Positions 51,715 through 54,676 of a DNA stretch of 54,676 nt are shown one piece after another. The position numbers and the translations under genes were made by a program. Under the pieces are notes generated by a model. That model did not search any database and had not been told where the DNA came from. It saw nothing but the letters and a program-made list of their open reading frames with translations. The stretch lies in assembly GCA_019661895.1 (NCBI GenBank), contig JAIFWO010000002.1:1-54676 (forward strand). Direction: 5' to 3'. The number at the start of each line of letters is the position of its first letter. Position 1 is the first letter of the stretch. Source of the DNA: Candidatus Parcubacteria bacterium. GTDB taxonomy: Bacteria; Patescibacteriota; Minisyncoccia; Phycocordibacterales; Zambryskibacteraceae.

Positions 51715-54676
51715 ATGAAAACATTACTTAAAAAAACATTTCGCCAGCTTCTCGTCGTCGTGCTCATGGTCGCGTCCTCTCTCTCCGTCCTCCCGGCAGA
51801 TGTTTTTGCAGCTAATGTGCAGATCCGCCAGGAAATAAATATTACCGATGCGTATCTCGGCTCGGCCTCAGGCGCATATGCTACCTCCTCAGAGATTATC
51901 CAAATTGATCCGACGAAATATACCAGTGCGACGTACTACTTCGAAGTGGTGGCCTCGAGCACTACTGCCGTGAGTTCAAATATTTATCTGAAGAATGCCA
52001 CCTCTTCACAGACAGTGGCCACCATCAACTTCTCGAACTCCAATACGTACACACGCTACCGCTCCACGGCCTTCACGGCGCCAAGCGTGGCTACCGAATA
52101 CAAGGTGGTGGTGGGCAACGAAGCGGTGCAGAAGGGTGTCATTGCCTCGCGCGTGATTATCTTGCAAAGTGCTGCCTCAATTACTAATACCGAAACGCAG
52201 ATCGAGATAGGTTCCGCTACTACCTCGGCTTCCAACACCACCACTCTTCCGCTTCAGAGTCCAAAGTATTGGTCCTACAATTCTTCCAAGTGGGATGGTT
52301 CGCCAACCTTTTATGTCGAGGCAACGTATAAAGATAATCCCGTTGCCTCTTCCACCATCTACAGCGTCTCGGCTACTGCTACTCCGACATTCTACACCTA
52401 CATTGGCTCTGTGGGAGTCGGTTATGTCGTGGGAGAAGCGTGGGGAGGTGGCGGAGGCGGAGATGGCGTATCGAGTGCCGCTACCATCGGAGGTGGAGGT
52501 GGTGCCGGAGGAACGTATGCCAGATCCACTACTAGTGCAATCACCGCCGGAAGTACCAACATCATCGGGGTCGGCCGTGGGGGAGCGGAAGGTCTGGCGG
52601 CGGCCGCTACCGCCAGTAGCACCGTGACGATGGCGAGTGGGGTGCTTGTCCGAGGACAAGGGGGTGAGGGGGCGACAAGTAATGCTGGAGGCGTAGCCAG
52701 TACAGCCTCCTCTATTGGAAGTGTTCTAAATGCTGGGGGAAGTGGAGGAGCTGGTGATGATACGGGAGATACTGGAGGAGCCGGCGGAGGTGCGGGCGGG
52801 CCTGATGGAGCTGGTGTGACTCCTGCTAACGCAACGAACGGCGTGCCTGTCGGTGGAGGGGCTGGAAATAACTCCCTAGGAGGCGCGGGCGGAGCCGCAG
52901 GCACGGGGGCCGATGACGTTTGCGATACGGAAAATGGAAAGGCGGGTGCAAATAATGTCTTGGGAGGCGGAGGCGGAGGAGGTGGGGACGGCGACACGTC
53001 TAGCATCTGTACGGGAGGTGCCGGAGGCCGACCAGGCGGAGGCGGAGGCGGTTCGGACGAGGGCACGGGCACTAGCTTGGTAGAAATCGGCGGGCCAGGC
53101 CAAGTGAAGATCACGGAATATGTAGGCATGGTCGGCATCGCCTTGGAAGAAGATAATGGCAGCTTCGGCTCGTGGACCTTCAAACAGCAAATTATCACTG
53201 GTGGTAAAACCTCGACCACTACTGAGCGCATACGTTCGTCAGCCTTCACTCCGACCAATGGGAGGCATTATCGCATCACTGCTTCTACCACAAACGCCAC
53301 CGCCTCCTACGATATCTACAACGCCAAGATTGTGGTGGATCAGGGTCCCACAAGCTTCACCGCTCTCAACGCTACCGGCGCTACAAAAAATTGGTGGGGC
53401 GTCTCGGTCAACTCCACCAACGGCGATGTCTACGCGGCTGTTCAGAGTGGCGACATCTATAAGCAAACCGCTGGCTCTGGCAGCTTTAACGCGTTGAATG
53501 CCACCGGCGCTACAAAAAGTTGGTGGGGTGTCTCGGTCAACTCCACCAACGGCGATGTCTACGCGTCTGTTTCGAATGGCGACATCTATAAGCAAACCGC
53601 TGGCTCTGGCAGCTTTAACGCGTTGAATGCCACCGGCGCTACAAAAAGTTGGAGGGGTGTCTCCGTCAACTCCACCAACGGCGATGTCTACGCAACTGTC
53701 TTTGGTGGCGACATCTACAAGCAGACGGCTGGGACAGGCAACTTCACCGCTCTCAACGCTACCGGCGCTACAAAAAGTTGGTGGGGTGTCTCGGTCAACT
53801 CCACCAACGGCGATGTCTACGCGGCTGTTCAGAATGGCGACATCTACAAGCAGACGGCTGGGACCGCCCTCACCCTCCTCGAACCTCAGTATCTTCTTTC
53901 AAATACTAAATTAGCCACTGGTACAGGACTGCAAAATTATCTTGGGTACTGGGATTCAACAGAGTGGGCAGGGGTAAGTAATACATACTTACACCAAATG
54001 GATGCAAGTGCTTCCTCAGCCTCGGCCGCAGGCATTTACACTACCGCCAATGCGCTAGTGGTGGGTTCGACAGTAACGAGTCCAAACAATTCCGCCACCT
54101 CTTCGTCCATGACCATGCCGGCGACAGGGAACTTGGATGTGAAGGCCACCACCAACAACAACGATGTCTACGCCAACCGTATCTTGGCCCAAGTAGCAAT
54201 CCTTACGAACGATGTCACGAGCGCGACGGTGACACCGGGAGATACTCTTAACTCTTTGGCTTGGACGAATCCGTCAGATGCAAGTTTGAGCAAAGTCATG
54301 GTACTCGCTTCTACTTCCGCCATCACCTTTACCCCCGTTAATGGCACTACGTATTCAACAAGCACTCTTAGTGGTGCCTCGCGTGTAGCCTGTTATGGTC
54401 TGCAAGCTTCCTGTACCGACACGAGTCTAAGTAATGGTACCGCCTATCATTACAAAATATTTACTTTAAGCAGTAACGGCTACTGGTCTACGCCTGGCGT
54501 CACACCCACCGGTTCCCCAGCCACGCCTGTGGCGTCAGCCTCCACCGCTCTCTCAGACACCACCGATCCTAGTAACGCTACTCTCGCTCCTAGCGCCTCA
54601 GCTACCATGGGAGGAGCCTTCACCTTCCAGACTACCACTGGTACGGATGTGGTGACGGCTGCCGTGGTTGGACTCG
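51715..54676 (+). CDS. secreted glycine-rich/propeller-repeat/FN3-like surface protein (3' end beyond the window, absent from the supplied ORF track)
   Basis: My hand translation from ATG 51715 is open to the last base of the window. The signal peptide is MKTLLKKTFRQLLVVVLMVASSLSVLPADVFA. There are six poly-Gly runs, four 43-aa repeats and a C-terminal FN3-like segment (LAWTNPSDASLSKVMVL...GTAYHYKIFTLSSNGYWS). Confidence 0.8.
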   Translation, partial: MKTLLKKTFRQLLVVVLMVASSLSVLPADVFAANVQIRQEINITDAYLGSASGAYATSSEIIQIDPTKYTSATYYFEVVASSTTAVSSNIYLKNATSSQTVATINFSNSNTYTRYRSTAFTAPSVATEYKVVVGNEAVQKGVIASRVIILQSAASITNTETQIEIGSATTSASNTTTLPLQSPKYWSYNSSKWDGSPTFYVEATYKDNPVASSTIYSVSATATPTFYTYIGSVGVGYVVGEAWGGGGGGDGVSSAATIGGGGGAGGTYARSTTSAITAGSTNIIGVGRGGAEGLAAAATASSTVTMASGVLVRGQGGEGATSNAGGVASTASSIGSVLNAGGSGGAGDDTGDTGGAGGGAGGPDGAGVTPANATNGVPVGGGAGNNSLGGAGGAAGTGADDVCDTENGKAGANNVLGGGGGGGGDGDTSSICTGGAGGRPGGGGGGSDEGTGTSLVEIGGPGQVKITEYVGMVGIALEEDNGSFGSWTFKQQIITGGKTSTTTERIRSSAFTPTNGRHYRITASTTNATASYDIYNAKIVVDQGPTSFTALNATGATKNWWGVSVNSTNGDVYAAVQSGDIYKQTAGSGSFNALNATGATKSWWGVSVNSTNGDVYASVSNGDIYKQTAGSGSFNALNATGATKSWRGVSVNSTNGDVYATVFGGDIYKQTAGTGNFTALNATGATKSWWGVSVNSTNGDVYAAVQNGDIYKQTAGTALTLLEPQYLLSNTKLATGTGLQNYLGYWDSTEWAGVSNTYLHQMDASASSASAAGIYTTANALVVGSTVTSPNNSATSSSMTMPATGNLDVKATTNNNDVYANRILAQVAILTNDVTSATVTPGDTLNSLAWTNPSDASLSKVMVLASTSAITFTPVNGTTYSTSTLSGASRVACYGLQASCTDTSLSNGTAYHYKIFTLSSNGYWSTPGVTPTGSPATPVASASTALSDTTDPSNATLAPSASATMGGAFTFQTTTGTDVVTAAVVGL
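53353..53868 (+). repeat. 4 x 129-bp in-frame tandem repeats (43-aa units)
   Basis: The units start at 53353, 53482, 53611 and 53740. The consensus is (S/N)F(T/N)ALNATGATK(N/S)WWGVSVNSTNGDVYAxVxxGDIYKQTAGxG. Confidence 0.85.

Noticed and set aside
36793-51724. Dozens of long minus-strand and off-frame ORFs inside the giant gene, for example 46313-47461 (382 aa), 38885-39724, 42194-42880 and 47927-48580
   Set aside because: Their products are monotonous (VVEAVVAKRLVVVA...). The plus strand is dominated by ACC, ACT, AAC, TCT and GCC codons, whose reverse complements contain no stops. The plus-strand frame has a signal peptide and recognisable domains throughout, so these are shadow ORFs.
52422-53258. 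278-aa proline-rich minus-strand ORF, plus the 52177-52659, 52295-52627 and 52876-53190 ORFs
   Set aside because: They are antisense or off-frame shadows of the GGN-rich poly-glycine coding tract of the unlisted plus-strand ORF that starts at 51715.
1-54676. Alternative genetic code (UGA recoding, as in some candidate phyla)
   Set aside because: TGA terminates well-conserved genes at the expected positions, for example the ATGA junctions at 12431, 13492, 18526, 20259, 33855 and 36465. Conserved proteins such as SecA, Obg and GatB contain no in-frame TGA.
1-54676. Search for CRISPR arrays, tRNA/rRNA genes, transposases, integrases, and DGR reverse transcriptase or TR/VR pairs
   Set aside because: I saw no spaced direct repeats outside coding repeats, no tRNA-like T-loop or acceptor patterns in the few intergenic gaps, and no RT, integrase or transposase motifs in any ORF. 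The intragenic repeats are in-frame protein repeats, not template/variable repeat pairs with A-specific mismatches.

Overview
This 54.7-kb window is almost entirely coding. I found no rRNA, tRNA, CRISPR array, transposase or integrase. TGA, TAA and TAG all act as stops, so the standard bacterial code applies. The gene content fits a small-genome bacterium, possibly CPR/Patescibacteria-like, but that placement is inference only. The supporting content is many GT4 glycosyltransferases, an O-antigen-ligase/TPR fusion, an orphan TraD/VirD4-like ATPase, MYG1, a minimal set of housekeeping genes and a giant surface protein.

Layout:
(1) 11-8606 holds assorted genes: a GH-like TIM-barrel protein, a DUF218 gene with a probable frameshift, two higher-GC orphan genes, a coupling-protein-like ATPase, a GT4, an IMPase and a kinase-fold protein.
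(2) 8647-27764 is a long surface-glycan locus, mostly co-directional with ATGA/TAATG-coupled starts. It contains epimerases, five or more GT4 genes (one decayed), three methyltransferases and a compact GT-C/ArnE-like/HAD/UbiA-type phosphoribosyltransferase/SDR module. It also contains KpsF, a TagF-like protein, a P4H-like dioxygenase, a Wzx-like flippase and a Wzy_C-TPR protein.
(3) 27765-35246 carries a structured intergenic region with a 23-aa Lys-rich micro-ORF, followed by secA, a DedA-family gene, a Trx-like/DsbB pair, MYG1, obg and gatB.
(4) 35221-54676 is the most unusual part. Two divergent HTH genes flank a 240-bp AT-rich spacer, and one of them is membrane-tethered and translationally coupled to a 15.2-kb gene. 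That gene encodes a 5078-aa composite fibre/adhesin with FN3 domains, an internal TM hairpin plus a second signal-peptide-like segment, about 3000 aa of Thr/Ser/Asn-rich repeats with paired cysteines, two YadA-head-like tracts and a mucin-like tail. It is followed by a second secreted protein that is missing from the ORF track because it runs off the window. This protein has a poly-glycine domain and four 129-bp tandem repeats.

A recurring promoter architecture is also visible: a -10 hexamer sits 6-9 nt upstream of the ATG, which suggests leaderless mRNAs.
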